Positions 46,838 through 58,519 of a stretch of 64,000 nt of DNA are shown here, one piece after another. Position 1 is the stretch's first letter. Every line of letters starts with the position of its first letter. The position numbers and the translations under genes were made by a program. Origin of the DNA: Thermoanaerobaculia bacterium (lineage in GTDB: Bacteria > Acidobacteriota > Thermoanaerobaculia > Multivoradales > UBA5704); NCBI GenBank assembly GCA_036399915.1, contig DASWME010000127.1, forward strand, positions 14,305 through 78,304, given 5' to 3'. The notes beneath the pieces are model-generated. The model did no database searches. It worked only from the letters and a program-made list of their open reading frames with translations, and had not been told where the DNA came from.

Positions 46838-48240
46838 CCGCGCAGCCGCCGCTCGACGGCGAGGCCGTGCTTCTCCATCTTGCGGTAGAGCGCCTGGCGG
46901 GAGAGGCCGAGGGCCTCGGCGGCCTTGGAGACCACGCCGCCCGCCCCTTCCAGGGCGCGCTCGATGCGGACCCGCTCGGCCAGGCTGAGCCCGTCCGCCT
47001 CCGCGGCGAGGGCGGGACCGGCCGCGAACGGCGCGCTGCCGAGCCCGAGGTCCTCGGCGCGGATCGTATCCCCCGAAGCCACGAGGACGGCCCGTCGCAG
47101 GGTGTTCTCCAGCTCCCGCACGTTGCCTGGCCAGGGATAGCGGACGAGCCGCTCGCGGGCTTCCGGGGAGAGGCGCCAGACCGCCCCGGTGGGCGACGGC
47201 GAGAGGTCGCGCAGGAACCGCTCGGCGAGCGGGACCACGTCCTCCGGCCGCTCGGCGAGGGGCGGCACCTGCAGCTCGATGACGTTCAGCCGGTAGAAGA
47301 GGTCCTCGCGGAAGCGGCCGGCGGCGATCTCCCTGCGCAGGTCGGCGTTGGTGGCGCAGATCAGGCGCACGTCCACCCGGCGGGTCTCGCTGCTGCCGAG
47401 CCGTTCGAACTGCCCGCTCTGGAGCACGCGCAAGAGCTTCGCCTGCCCCGAGGCCGAGAGGTTGCCGATCTCGTCGAGGAAGAGCGTGCCGCCGTCCGCC
47501 GCCTCGAAGCGGCCGATCCGCCGGCGGGTGGCCCCGGTGTAGGCCCCCACCTCGACGCCGAACAGCTCGCTCTCCAGCAGCTCGTCCGGCAGCGCGCCGG
47601 CGTTCACGCGGACGAAGGGTCTGTCCTTGCGCCGCGAATTGGCCTGGACGATCTCCGCCAGCTTCTCCTTGCCCGCGCCGGAGGGACCGGTGATGAGCAC
47701 AGGCACGTCCCCGCGGGCCACCTGGAGGGCGAGGGTGACGACGGCGTGCATCTTCTCGCTCGCCCATACGGCGCCGCTGAGCTCGTGCCGCTCGGCCAGA
47801 TCCTCCCAGCTCCGCCGCGCCCGGCCGCGCAGCCGGGCGTTCTCGAGCTGCAGCTCGCGCAGCCGCAGGAGGTTGCGCACCGAGGCGAGGAGCTTCTCGT
47901 CGTCCCAGGGCTTGGCCAGGTAGTCGGCGGCCCCCTCCTTGACGAGCTGGACGGCGGTCTCGAGAGAGGTCCAGGCCGTGATCAGCAGCACCGGCAGGCC
48001 CGGGTCCCGCCGCTTGATCTCCCGGAACAACGCCACCCCCTCCTCGCCGGAGGTGGCTTCCGGGCTGAAGTTCATGTCCTGGACGACGACGCCGATCTCC
48101 TGGGGGCGATCGGCGTCCAGGGCCCGCAACGCCTCTCCGGGCGAGCGGGCGATGACACAGGGGGTCCCGCGGATCTCGAAGAGGACCTGGAGAGCCGTCA
48201 CCACGGCCGGCTGGTCTTCGACGATGAGGACCTTGAGCAT
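46834..48240 (-). CDS. Sigma-54-dependent response regulator (NtrC/Fis family).
   Basis: Receiver domain [13 protein letters not shown]...D. AAA+ region with Walker A GPSGAGKE and the GAYTGA variant of the GAFTGA motif. C-terminal Fis HTH. Confidence 0.9.
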   Translation of the reverse strand: MLKVLIVEDQPAVVTALQVLFEIRGTPCVIARSPGEALRALDADRPQEIGVVVQDMNFSPEATSGEEGVALFREIKRRDPGLPVLLITAWTSLETAVQLVKEGAADYLAKPWDDEKLLASVRNLLRLRELQLENARLRGRARRSWEDLAERHELSGAVWASEKMHAVVTLALQVARGDVPVLITGPSGAGKEKLAEIVQANSRRKDRPFVRVNAGALPDELLESELFGVEVGAYTGATRRRIGRFEAADGGTLFLDEIGNLSASGQAKLLRVLQSGQFERLGSSETRRVDVRLICATNADLRREIAAGRFREDLFYRLNVIELQVPPLAERPEDVVPLAERFLRDLSPSPTGAVWRLSPEARERLVRYPWPGNVRELENTLRRAVLVASGDTIRAEDLGLGSAPFAAGPALAAEADGLSLAERVRIERALEGAGGVVSKAAEALGLSRQALYRKMEKHGLAVERRLRG

Positions 48241-48271
48241 GGGGTATTTATATACCCCCCCTGCCCGAACC

Positions 48272-48787
48272 CTACCGCCCGATCCTCTCCCGCAGGCGCT
48301 CCAGGGGGATCTCACCCCGCTTGCTCACGGGCACCGTGACCGCGCCCAAAACCGGGACGTCGAACTGGAAGTCCGCGTCCAGGTTGTAGTCGGGCCGCTC
48401 GCGCCCGCTGAAGCTCCGGATGACGCGGTAGACGTCCTCGTACTTGATGGTCACCGGCAGCTCGACGACGCTCTGGCCGTTGGCGGCGACCCGCGTCCGC
48501 TCGTTGCGCCGGCCGCTCAAGAGAGGCTCGCCGTTGAGGCGCAGGCGGTAGCCGATCTCGTCCAGCACGAGGGACACGGCGTTCGGGTTGTCCACCCGGA
48601 ACTGGAAGAGCAGATCGGCCCCGGTGAGGGTGGTGCCGAGGAGCTTGACGTCGGTCACATCCACCTCGGGCTGGACGATCCGGGCGAGGCCGCCCAACCC
48701 TGAGCAGGCGGCGAGGGCCAGGGCCGCGGAGAGCGCGACGGCGAGGATGCCGGCCGCGCGGAAGGATCGCTGAAGAGGTCGATTCAT
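48272..48787 (-). CDS. LEA_2 (late-embryogenesis-abundant type 2 / NDR1-HIN1-like) domain lipoprotein.
   Basis: Start MNRPLQRSFRAAGILAVALSAALALAACSG (lipobox). LEA14-like sequence VDVTDVKLLGTTLTGADLLFQFRVDNPN. It lies 31 bp upstream of the ntrC-like gene, consistent with an operon. Confidence 0.7.
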   Translation of the reverse strand: MNRPLQRSFRAAGILAVALSAALALAACSGLGGLARIVQPEVDVTDVKLLGTTLTGADLLFQFRVDNPNAVSLVLDEIGYRLRLNGEPLLSGRRNERTRVAANGQSVVELPVTIKYEDVYRVIRSFSGRERPDYNLDADFQFDVPVLGAVTVPVSKRGEIPLERLRERIGR

Positions 48788-48925
48788 GTCCGGCTCCTTT
48801 CCGGACCGCTCCAAGCGGCCCGCAGAGCTCTGGGAGCGCAAGATCCGTGCCGTTGGGTCGCACCGTTGCACGCGAGGCGTCCTGCCCTCTGCCGTCCTCC
48901 TAAGAGGACGGTCAGCGTGCGCCGT

Positions 48926-49453
48926 TCACCACTCGACGCGCAGCTTCAGCCGCACGTCCCGCCTGCGGTCACGGTAGAGGAGGAAGCCCTCGCGCCGGCC
49001 GTGCAGATAGAGGTCGCGCAGGATCTCGACGTCCCGCCGGCAGTACTGCTCCACCAGGTCGAGCCGCCCCTGGCGCACCCATTCCAGGGACTGGAGACCG
49101 TCCGCGGACTTGCTGCAACCGAGGGTCTCCTGGGCGAGGTGACCCATGCCGACGCGGAACCCGAGCCGCGCGTGGACGTCCTCCAGGAGGTCGTGGGTAG
49201 GCAGCAGGCGGGCGTAATCCTCCCCGGTGTAGCCGGAGAGGACCTGGTAGTCGAACCGCCGGATGTTGTAGCCCACCACCAGAGTGGCCGAGCGCAGGGC
49301 ATCCACCAGGGCGCGCACCTGGTTCTCGAAGAAGACCTCGAAACGCCCCTCCTCCAGGTGGCAGACGACCCCGATCGCGACCCCCATGCGGTGGGCGTAC
49401 CCCCAGCCGCCCACGTCGGCCGCGGAGCGCAGGGTCTCGAGGTCGAAGAGCAT
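48926..49453 (-). CDS. DEDD-family (DnaQ/RNase H-like) 3'-5' exonuclease, MrfB-like. This is the C-terminal part of the 1074-aa track ORF.
   Basis: Internal Met MLFDLETLRS carries the Exo I motif FDLET. Later acidic and His/Tyr motifs (GYNIRRFDYQVL, H..D) follow. It immediately follows the DUF1998 helicase. Confidence 0.65.
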   Translation of the reverse strand: MLFDLETLRSAADVGGWGYAHRMGVAIGVVCHLEEGRFEVFFENQVRALVDALRSATLVVGYNIRRFDYQVLSGYTGEDYARLLPTHDLLEDVHARLGFRVGMGHLAQETLGCSKSADGLQSLEWVRQGRLDLVEQYCRRDVEILRDLYLHGRREGFLLYRDRRRDVRLKLRVEW

Positions 49454-52150
49454 GGTATGGGGTTCGCGCTCCGGCTCCCGTCGCCGCTCCCGCCGGGTGA
49501 AGAACGAGATGGCCCGCTGGAGGATCGAGGGCTCGGCCCGGATGGGAGCGGCCGGGGCCGCGGGACCGGATCGGAGATTCTGGTGACGGCGGTTCGGGGA
49601 GTCGACACCGGGAGGCCCTCCTCCTAGCCTCCCCCCTTGCGTCCACCCCCCTCCCAGGGGGGAGGAATCTTCCTCGCCGTCGTGGTCACGTTCCCCCTCT
49701 CCCGCGGCGCGGGAGAGGGGACCAGGGGGTGAGGGCTCCCGGGCGGGGGCGCCCGGCCGGGTCAGGAACCCCCTCGCCGTCATCTCCGCCGCCATCTCCT
49801 CGATCGGCTCCACCGCCATCGCGAGATTCACGCAGACCGGCTCGCTCCAGGCCACCGCCGGCTCTTCCAGCCCCAGCAGCAGCCGCAGCGCCCGCGCCGC
49901 GCCCAATTTGTCCAGAGGCCGGTTGCCGTTGCCGCACTTGGGCGACTGCACGCAGGAGGGGCACCCCTTCTCGCAGGGGCAGCCCTCGATCAGCGCCAGG
50001 ACGCGGCCGAGCAGGTCCTTCAAATCCGCGAAGCCACGGGCGGCGATGCCCACGCCGCCGGGGTGGCCGTCGTAGATGAAGACCGCGCCGCTGCCGATCT
50101 GGGGGTGGAGCGGATAGGAGATGCCGCCGATGTCCCCGCGGTCGCACAGGGCGAGGATGGGAAAGAGGGAAATGCCGGCGTGCTCGGAGGCATGGAGGGA
50201 GCCCAGGAAGTGCTCCCCCTGGCGGCGCAGCGTCTCCTCGACCGGCCGCGGCGCCGCCCACCAGAGCCCCACCGTCTCGAACTCCACCGGCGGCAGGTCG
50301 AGCGGCGTCTGGTCGATCGTCTCCTGGCCGTGGATGCGCTTGCGCTCGAAGCCCACCACGCGCTCGGTGACCTTGAGCCGGCCGAGCCAGGCCTGGAGCG
50401 GGCCGTCGCTCTTCTCCTCCAGCACCTCCAGGATCTCGGTCTCCTTCTCGGTCAGAGGCGTCGTGAAGTAGTCGAGGTCGGCCGCCACGGCCTTCACCCG
50501 GCGCTCCTCGCGCTCCAGCGCCTCCACCAGATACTGCCGGCCGGCGTGGAGGTAGACTGCCCCCGGGTGGCACTCGTGAAGCACGCGGACGCCGTCCACC
50601 GTGCCGATCGTCCGTCCGTCCACGAGGATGGCGAACGTCTCCCCCGTCCCCCGCAGGTTGACGTAGCGCTGAGGCCTGCGGCGCAGGCAGAAGATCTCGT
50701 CCCCCTCGGCCGCGGCCAGCAGGTGCCCCTGGTCGAGGAGCTTCTCCACTCTCGTCCCATGCCGCTCGAGGTAGGGCCGGTCCTCGCCGCAGAGGGGCAT
50801 CTCGGAGGCGGCGCAGACGAGGTGGGCCCGCGACACGGGATCGTTCTCCGGGTCCACGATGAGCCGCTCGCAGGGGCGCTCCAGGAACTCCTCCGGATGA
50901 TCGAGAAAGTACTGGTCGAGCGCGTCGGGCAGGGCCACCAGGGCGGTGATGGACTCGCGGCCGGCGCGGCCCACCCGGCCCGAGCGCTGCCAGGTGGCCA
51001 TCATGCTCCCGGGATAGCCCACCAGGATGCAGGCGTCGAGACCGCCGACGTCGATCCCCATCTCCAGGGCCGACGTGGAGATCACGCCGTCCAGCCGCCC
51101 CTCGAAGAGGGAGCGCTCGATGCGCCGCCGCTCCTCGGCCAGGAAGCCGGCGCGGTAGCTCGCGACGCGCGCGGCCAGGGCCGGCTCCTGGCGGCGCAGC
51201 CAGGAGTAGAGCAGCTCGGTGATGCGCCGCGCCTTGGTGAAGACGATGGTCTTCAAGCCCGCGTTGAGCAGGCGGACGAAGAGCTGGAGGGCGGTCGTGT
51301 ACGGGCTCGCCTCCGGCCGGTAGAGCAGCAGATGCCGTCCTTCCCGCGGCGCGCCCGACTCAGAGATCCAGCGGAAGGGGCGGCCGGTCAAGGTCTCGGC
51401 GAACTCGCCAGCGTTGGCGGCGGTAGCCGAAGAGGCGATGAGCACGGGCTCGCTGCCCACGGAGCGGCAGAGCCGCAGGAAGCGCTGGAGCACGTGATGG
51501 AAGTGGCTGCCGAAGATGCCGCGGTAGGTGTGCAGCTCGTCGAGCACGATCCAGCGCAGGTCCGCCAGGAACGGCCCCCAGGCCGTCCAGTGGCCGAGGA
51601 CGCCCAAATGGAGCATGTCGGGGTTGGAGATCACCACCCGCGGGAAGTTCTTGCGGATGGCCGTGCGCTTCGCCCCCGGCGTGTCGCCGTCGTAAATCTC
51701 GCAGCCGGCGATCTCGGGCGGCAGCCCGGCCTCTTCGGCCAGGCGGCAGAACTTCCCCCGCTGATCCTGCCCCAGAGCCTTCAAGGGGAAGAGGAAGAGC
51801 CCGTGCCCCGGGCCGCCCCGCACCGCCTCCTCCAGCGCCGGCACCTGGAAGATCAGCGACTTGCCGGACGCCGTGGGGGTGGTGACCAGCACGTTCTCGC
51901 CGCGGCGCACGGCCGCGATCCCCGCCGTCTGATGGCTCCAGAGATGGGGGACGCCCCCCTTGCCGAGCGCCCGGGCAATGGGTTCCGGCAGCGGCGGGTC
52001 GAGCTCGCCATAGACCACATCGCTTCCCGGCAGGTGCGCGGCGTAGAGGAGCTGCGGGCCGAGCTTCGCGTCGAGGCGTAGCTCCTCGACCAGGGGGCCC
52101 AGCTCGGAGGACGGCGGGGGGACAGCGGAAGCGATTGCGTTACGGGGCAT
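49454..52150 (-). CDS. DEAD/DEAH-box helicase with a C-terminal DUF1998 zinc-ribbon domain (MrfA/YprA-like). The 3' boundary is uncertain because the frame stays open into the exonuclease gene.
   Basis: Walker A TPTASGKS, DExH motif VLDELH, helicase C-terminal motifs, and DUF1998 Cys cluster CPCEKGCPSCVQSPKCGNGN. A low-complexity linker of about 135 aa contains palindromes and no stop codon. Confidence 0.8.
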
Positions 52151-52222
52151 TACCGCCCCATGGTAGCACGGAGGAGCCGCCTCGGATCTTCCAGCGGGGC
52201 GGCTCCGGGATTGGGTCTAGTT

Positions 52223-52414
52223 TCAGGAACAGACGGGCCTGTCGGAGCAGATCAGGACGCCGTTTCTCTCGCAGCACCTGTCGCAGCAGGTCACGCCTCC
52301 CTCGGTGGTGCACCGGTCGATGCACCGGCCGGCTTCCGCGCTCCGTACCCCGATTGACAGCGCGCCCGCGGTGCTCAGGAGCGCGAGGGCCAGCAAGGCC
52401 AGTTTTCTCTTCAT
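52223..52414 (-). CDS. Small secreted cysteine-rich peptide (63 aa precursor, eight Cys in about 35 mature residues).
   Basis: A strong AAAGGAGA ribosome-binding site lies 7 nt upstream. Signal peptide MKRKLALLALALLSTAGALSIG, then GRCIDRCTTEGGVTCCDRCCERNGVLICSDRPVCS. Confidence 0.5.
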   Translation of the reverse strand: MKRKLALLALALLSTAGALSIGVRSAEAGRCIDRCTTEGGVTCCDRCCERNGVLICSDRPVCS

Positions 52415-52499
52415 CTGGAAATCTCCTTTCCGAGGGCACGCTTCATACAGCCCCTCATAAAGGAACGTGCTCCGGCCCCGCCCGCGCGAGACCGGCCGG

Positions 52500-53111
52500 T
52501 CAGAGCTCGGAGAGGAGCTGCTGGCGCTTGGCCTCGTACTCGTCGCGGGAGATGAGGCCGTCGTCGAGGAGCGCCTTGAGCTGGCGCAGCCGCTCGGCGC
52601 CGGAGGGTCCGGCGGGCGCGGGCATGTAGCCGCGGCCGGCCGAGCGGTACTGCTCGGCCGCGGCGATGATGGCGCGCTTGAACTCGAGAGGGTGCGAGAT
52701 GTTGCGGAACACGGCCGCCCCGGTCTCGCTCGCGGTGTCGATCTCGACGTCCCCGTAGTTGAGGAGGCGGCCCCAGAGGCTCTGCCGGTGCTCGATGTTG
52801 TTGACCTTGTCGAGCCGCGAGTCCATGGACTGCCGGCTCAGGATCCCCCAGCTCTGGATCACCCGGTGGTTGGTGAGCACGTACTCGTAGGAGCGGAGCA
52901 CGAAGAGCTTCCAGGCGAGCACGAGCCCGACCAGCGCGGCCAAGGCGAGCGCCGTCAGGGCCAGCGGCACGCTCTGCATCCCGAACCAGGCGTACGCCGC
53001 GACGGCGAGGGCGAGCGCCAGCAACGCCATCAGCGGCGCCAGGGTGAGGCGGGTGACCCGCGCCTGATAGAGGATCTCCTCGCCGGACTGGAGGTGGTCC
53101 TGGAGGCTCAT
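52500..53111 (-). CDS. Membrane protein with a bacterial PH (bPH_2/YdbT-like) domain and a C-terminal SHOCT domain.
   Basis: Start MSLQDHLQSGEEILYQARV. Two TM helices. C-terminal SHOCT-like sequence ERLRQLKALLDDGLISRDEYEAKRQQLLSEL. Confidence 0.7.
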   Translation of the reverse strand: MSLQDHLQSGEEILYQARVTRLTLAPLMALLALALAVAAYAWFGMQSVPLALTALALAALVGLVLAWKLFVLRSYEYVLTNHRVIQSWGILSRQSMDSRLDKVNNIEHRQSLWGRLLNYGDVEIDTASETGAAVFRNISHPLEFKRAIIAAAEQYRSAGRGYMPAPAGPSGAERLRQLKALLDDGLISRDEYEAKRQQLLSEL

Positions 53112-53140
53112 GGCGTCCCCGGATGCTACCTCAAGCCGGC

Positions 53141-55381
53141 TCAGCGCTGGAAGGCGTAGGAGACCTTGAGGAACAGCTCGCGGCGGGTGGGCTCCAGCCG
53201 GTCCTCGGGCGAGAGGGCGCGCTCGTCGCCGTAGCCCAAGAAGAGCACGGTCTGCCAGTTGAGCTTGTAGGCGAACAGGGCCGAGCCGCTGAAGGACTCG
53301 TCGCGCCCGCCCTGCTCGAACGTCACCCGCTGCCCGATCAGCCGCAAGAAGGAGCGGGCGTTGAAGGTGTAGGTCGCCTTCAGCCGCGCCACCTCGGCCG
53401 TGAACAGCCGCAGGCTCTTCGGTCCCTCTCCGGTGGGCGAGACGTCGAGCCGCCGCCGGCTGCCGTTGAGCTGCAAGGCCAGGTGGTCCGTGGGCCGGAC
53501 GGTGGCCCGCAGCCCCACCGTGGCCCCGCGCCCCGGCCGCTCGCCGGCGAAATCCACGTCGTCGCCGATCGTCAGGTCGAGCCCGAGGCCGCCGAGGACC
53601 TGGGACGGGCTCATCTCGACCGAGGCTACCCAATAATCGGAGTCGAAGAGGTGGCTTCCTGCCCGCACCTCCTCGGTGCGGTGCTCGACGTTGATGAAGC
53701 TGCTCCAGAAGCCCTCGACGAAGAAGCCGGGGATGACCCGGCGCAGGATGAGGTCCCCATCCCTGTCCTCGACGTTGCGCAGCCGGACGAAGGGGCGGAT
53801 GCGGCGGAAGATCCCCTTCTCGGGGTAGAACGAGCGGCCGAGCGCGAAGAAGCCGTCCCGCACCCCCACCTGCGGGAGGAAGCCCACATCCGCTCGGAAC
53901 TCCTCGCCGATGTCGAAGTACTCGAAGTACCAGTCCCAGGTCCGCGTCGAGTGGTTCCAGTTGGCGTAGGCGGCGTGCGAGTTGAGGTCCTGGCCCCGCC
54001 AGTCCGGGAAGAGGTCCGGCCGGGCGGGGTTCCGCGAGTCGCTCAACAGGAACTGGCCCCGGACCGAGTCCGTGCCGGTCGGCCGCCACTCGAAGTCGGG
54101 TCCGAGGACCCGGTTGTGCCCAGCCCCCTCGATCTCGCGGTCGGTCAACAGGAAGCTCACGAAAGAGCTTCCGAAATCCCGCCGTCCCCGGCCGATAGCC
54201 ACCCGGGAAGAGAAATCCTGGGGAGCCAGGTCCGAGAATTGGGGCCCGGGCAGGATGACGCTCCCGCCGCCCCGGTCCTCGGTGATCAGCAAGGTGTAGA
54301 GGGTGTTCGCGAACTGGCCCGTGGACCGCAGGCCCCAACTCGGAGAGGTGATGGTGCGGGTGTAGACCGCCTGGATCGGCGTCGAGAAGAGGTCCAGACC
54401 TTCGAGGAAGAACGGCCGCTTCTCGGGGACGAACAGGGCGAAACGCTCGTTGGCCGTGATCTGCGCCACGTCCGACTCGACCTGCGAGAAGTCGGGGTTC
54501 AAGGTAGCGTCGATGGCCGTGTCGGCGTTGGGAGTCCACTTGGCGTCGAGACCGCCGTCCCAGTCCTGCCCCTGGCTCTCCAGGCGGCTCCCGGGATCCC
54601 CCAGGGCCTGCTCCGTCCGCCGGCCCGAGGAGTAGGGGGCGAGCACGGCGTGACGGCCGGACGGCAGGCCCTCCAGGCCCACGATCTTCCGCGAATGGCA
54701 GATGAAGCAGTTCGTGCCGCGCGGCAGCCTGCTGCTGAACATCTGGTAGCGGAACTCGCGCGGGCGGTTGCGGTAGAGCAGGACGCCCCAGGTCTGGGCA
54801 GCAGCCGAGTCGTAGCGCAGGGAGGAGAAGGGGATGCGGATCTCCAGCGTCCAGCCGTCAGGGCCGATGCGCGTCGCCGAATCCCAGTAGAAGTCCGGCG
54901 AGGAGTCCTCGCCGCTCGTGTCGCTGGTGATGGCGTCGTACTGGATGTTGTGCGGATTGACCAGGAACATCGCGGCGGTCTTGCCGTCGTTCCGGGTATC
55001 GAGGATCACGCCCCCGTAGTCGGTATAGCCCGGCACCGCGTCGTGGTCGCCGAACGGGGCGCGAATGCCCTTCGGGTCAGGATCGGAAAACTCGAAGGCG
55101 GCGTAGAAGAAGCGCTCGTCGTAGGTGAGCCAGGCGACCGTCTTCACCTTGGGCTCCACGTTGTCGCCGGGATTGGTCTCGTAGAAGGTCTCCTCCCGGG
55201 CCGCGCCGCTCCAGCCCGGATCGCCCAGGGCGCCGTCCACCTCGATGGGGCCGGACGCCCGGGAGACGCGGATCTCCGCCTCCGGCGGCTCCGCCACCGC
55301 CTGCTGGGCCGCCAGCGGTGCCGCGAAGGCGAGGGCGAGCCGAGGGAGAACCCTCAGGAGCTTCCAAGAGGATCGTGGCAT
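53141..55381 (-). CDS. Outer-membrane/secreted protein with an N-terminal CBM9-like (carbohydrate-binding family 9 / DOMON-like) domain and a large C-terminal beta-rich DUF5916-like domain.
   Basis: Signal peptide MPRSSWKLLRVLPRLALAFAAPLAAQQ. N-terminal IEVDGALGDPGWSGA...FYAAFEF. The protein ends in an aromatic residue (...SYAFQR). Confidence 0.75.
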   Translation of the reverse strand: MPRSSWKLLRVLPRLALAFAAPLAAQQAVAEPPEAEIRVSRASGPIEVDGALGDPGWSGAAREETFYETNPGDNVEPKVKTVAWLTYDERFFYAAFEFSDPDPKGIRAPFGDHDAVPGYTDYGGVILDTRNDGKTAAMFLVNPHNIQYDAITSDTSGEDSSPDFYWDSATRIGPDGWTLEIRIPFSSLRYDSAAAQTWGVLLYRNRPREFRYQMFSSRLPRGTNCFICHSRKIVGLEGLPSGRHAVLAPYSSGRRTEQALGDPGSRLESQGQDWDGGLDAKWTPNADTAIDATLNPDFSQVESDVAQITANERFALFVPEKRPFFLEGLDLFSTPIQAVYTRTITSPSWGLRSTGQFANTLYTLLITEDRGGGSVILPGPQFSDLAPQDFSSRVAIGRGRRDFGSSFVSFLLTDREIEGAGHNRVLGPDFEWRPTGTDSVRGQFLLSDSRNPARPDLFPDWRGQDLNSHAAYANWNHSTRTWDWYFEYFDIGEEFRADVGFLPQVGVRDGFFALGRSFYPEKGIFRRIRPFVRLRNVEDRDGDLILRRVIPGFFVEGFWSSFINVEHRTEEVRAGSHLFDSDYWVASVEMSPSQVLGGLGLDLTIGDDVDFAGERPGRGATVGLRATVRPTDHLALQLNGSRRRLDVSPTGEGPKSLRLFTAEVARLKATYTFNARSFLRLIGQRVTFEQGGRDESFSGSALFAYKLNWQTVLFLGYGDERALSPEDRLEPTRRELFLKVSYAFQR

Positions 55382-55482
55382 CGGCTTAGTGTACGGACGA
55401 GGCGGGAAGGATGTTGCGGTAAAAAGTGTAAAAAAAGGCCGCGAGAGCGGGACGGGATCGCCTCTCGCACGGCTCCCGAGGC

Positions 55483-57066
<1,584 letters not shown>

Positions 57067-57067
57067 G

Positions 57068-57862
57068 ATGCCTCCCTCCGCCCTCGACCGCTGGGACGAG
57101 ATCGCCGCTCGCCTGGACGGCCGGCGCCCCGCCCTCTTCCTCGACTACGACGGCACCCTCTCGCCCATCGCGCCGCGCCCCGAGCTGGCGACCCTGCCCG
57201 CGGAGACCCGCGAGGTGCTGCAACGGCTCGCCGCGCAATTCCCCGTGGTGATCGTCTCGGGCCGGGCGCGGGAGGACACGGCCGCCCTCGTCGGTCTCCC
57301 CGATCTCGTCTACGCGGGCAGCCACGGCTTCGACATCGCGGGTCCGCCGCCGATGGACGGCGCGCCGCCGCTCCGACTGGAGGTGGGCGAAGGCATCCCC
57401 GAGCGGATCGACCGCGCGGCCGAGCGGCTCCGGCGCGACCTCGAAGGCCTCCCGGGCGTCCTCGTCGAGCCCAAGCGCTTCGCCGTCTCCGTCCACTTCC
57501 GTCTGGCGGACGAGCGCGACATCCCCCGCATCGAGCGGGCGGTGGACGAGGCCGTCGCCGCCGTCCCCGGCCTGCGCAAGGCCCACGGCAAGATGCTCTT
57601 CGAGCTGCGCCCCGACCTCGACTGGGACAAGGGCCGCGCCCTCCTCTGGCTCCTCGACGCCCTCGGCCTCGACCGCCCCGAGGTCCTCCCTGTCTACATA
57701 GGAGATGACCTCACAGACGAGGACGCCTTCCGCGCCCTGAGGGGCCGGGGAATCGGCATCCTGGTGGCCGAAGAGCCGCGGCAGACGGCCGCGGCGTACC
57801 GGCTGCGCGACACGGAGGAAGTCCGGGAGCTCCTGGAGCGGCTGGCGGCGACGGTGCCCTGA
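57068..57862 (+). CDS. otsB: Trehalose-6-phosphate phosphatase (HAD superfamily).
   Basis: HAD motif I LFLDYDGTL. 264 aa. The start is 2 nt after the otsA stop. Confidence 0.9.
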   Translation: MPPSALDRWDEIAARLDGRRPALFLDYDGTLSPIAPRPELATLPAETREVLQRLAAQFPVVIVSGRAREDTAALVGLPDLVYAGSHGFDIAGPPPMDGAPPLRLEVGEGIPERIDRAAERLRRDLEGLPGVLVEPKRFAVSVHFRLADERDIPRIERAVDEAVAAVPGLRKAHGKMLFELRPDLDWDKGRALLWLLDALGLDRPEVLPVYIGDDLTDEDAFRALRGRGIGILVAEEPRQTAAAYRLRDTEEVRELLERLAATVP

Positions 57863-57938
57863 GAAACACCCGAAGGCGCGGAGAGACCGCAAAGATTGGG
57901 GCGCGAACCGCCTCGGATTGCCCACCGGCCGCTCCAGG

Positions 57939-58083
57939 CAGGTCGCCAAGCCGCGCGGTTTCTCGACCTGTCCGGGGCGTCTGGCGACCTGCCTGCGCCA
58001 TTTTGCGACCTATCGGCTCCGTTTCGCGGCCAGCCGCTCCCGTTTCTCGACCTACCCGTGTAAGCTGGTCGCCAATTCCGGCC
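57939..58083 (+). repeat. Seven tandem imperfect direct repeats of about 21 bp (iteron-like; consensus GTTTCnCGACCTnnCnGnnCC).
   Basis: Units: caggtcgccaagccgcgcg, gtttctcgacctgtccggggc, tctggcgacctgcctgcgcc, ttttgcgacctatcggctcc, gtttcgcggccagccgctcc, gtttctcgacctacccgtgtaa, gctggtcgccaattccggcc. The period of about 21 bp corresponds to roughly two helical turns. Confidence 0.75.
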
Positions 58084-58183
58084 GGCGGTAGGACTTTTTC
58101 TCCCGGCTAGTCGAGAATCCGCGGTCTGTTCCAGGGCTGAGCGGCGGCGCGAAGCGGACCTTCGCCCTTGCAAGGAGGACCTC

Positions 58184-58519
58184 ATGTTACGGAACGAATC
58201 GGTGGCGGATCTGCTCACCCGATTCCAATCACAGCTCCGCCACATCGGGAGCAGGCGCTCCACGCCGAGGAGGCGTTCCACCGCGAGCAGCGGATCCGCC
58301 ACGCCGCCGAGTTGGAGGCGCTTAGGCTTCATTCTAAGCGCTCCAGGCCGCGGTCAACACCGCAGGGACTCTGCAGGACGTGGAGCTAGCGCCAACGGAG
58401 TCCGTTGCGGAGCCCCCGATCTCGCTCGCCTGCGGGAGGGCCAACGCGGCCTCGACATTGTCGAGGAACTCTCCGGCCTCTCGCTGGCGAGGCTTACACG
58501 ACCGATCCGCCCGCATTGA
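58184..58519 (+). CDS. Hypothetical ORF immediately downstream of the iteron-like array (weak call).
   Basis: An AAGGAGG ribosome-binding site lies 6 nt upstream of the ATG, but the protein is R/S/P-rich and may not be real. Confidence 0.3.
   Translation: MLRNESVADLLTRFQSQLRHIGSRRSTPRRRSTASSGSATPPSWRRLGFILSAPGRGQHRRDSAGRGASANGVRCGAPDLARLREGQRGLDIVEELSGLSLARLTRPIRPH

Noticed and set aside
48926-52150. Calling the 1074-aa ORF a single multidomain protein.
   Set aside because: The domain architecture (complete helicase, junk linker built on palindromic DNA, then a Met-initiated exonuclease) matches the known two-gene MrfA/MrfB layout, so it is split into two features. A fusion cannot be excluded.
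58168-58389. The alternative frame ORF 58168..58389(+) downstream of the iteron-like array.
   Set aside because: It overlaps ORF 58184..58519, which has the better ribosome-binding-site spacing. Both are weak and only the latter is listed.
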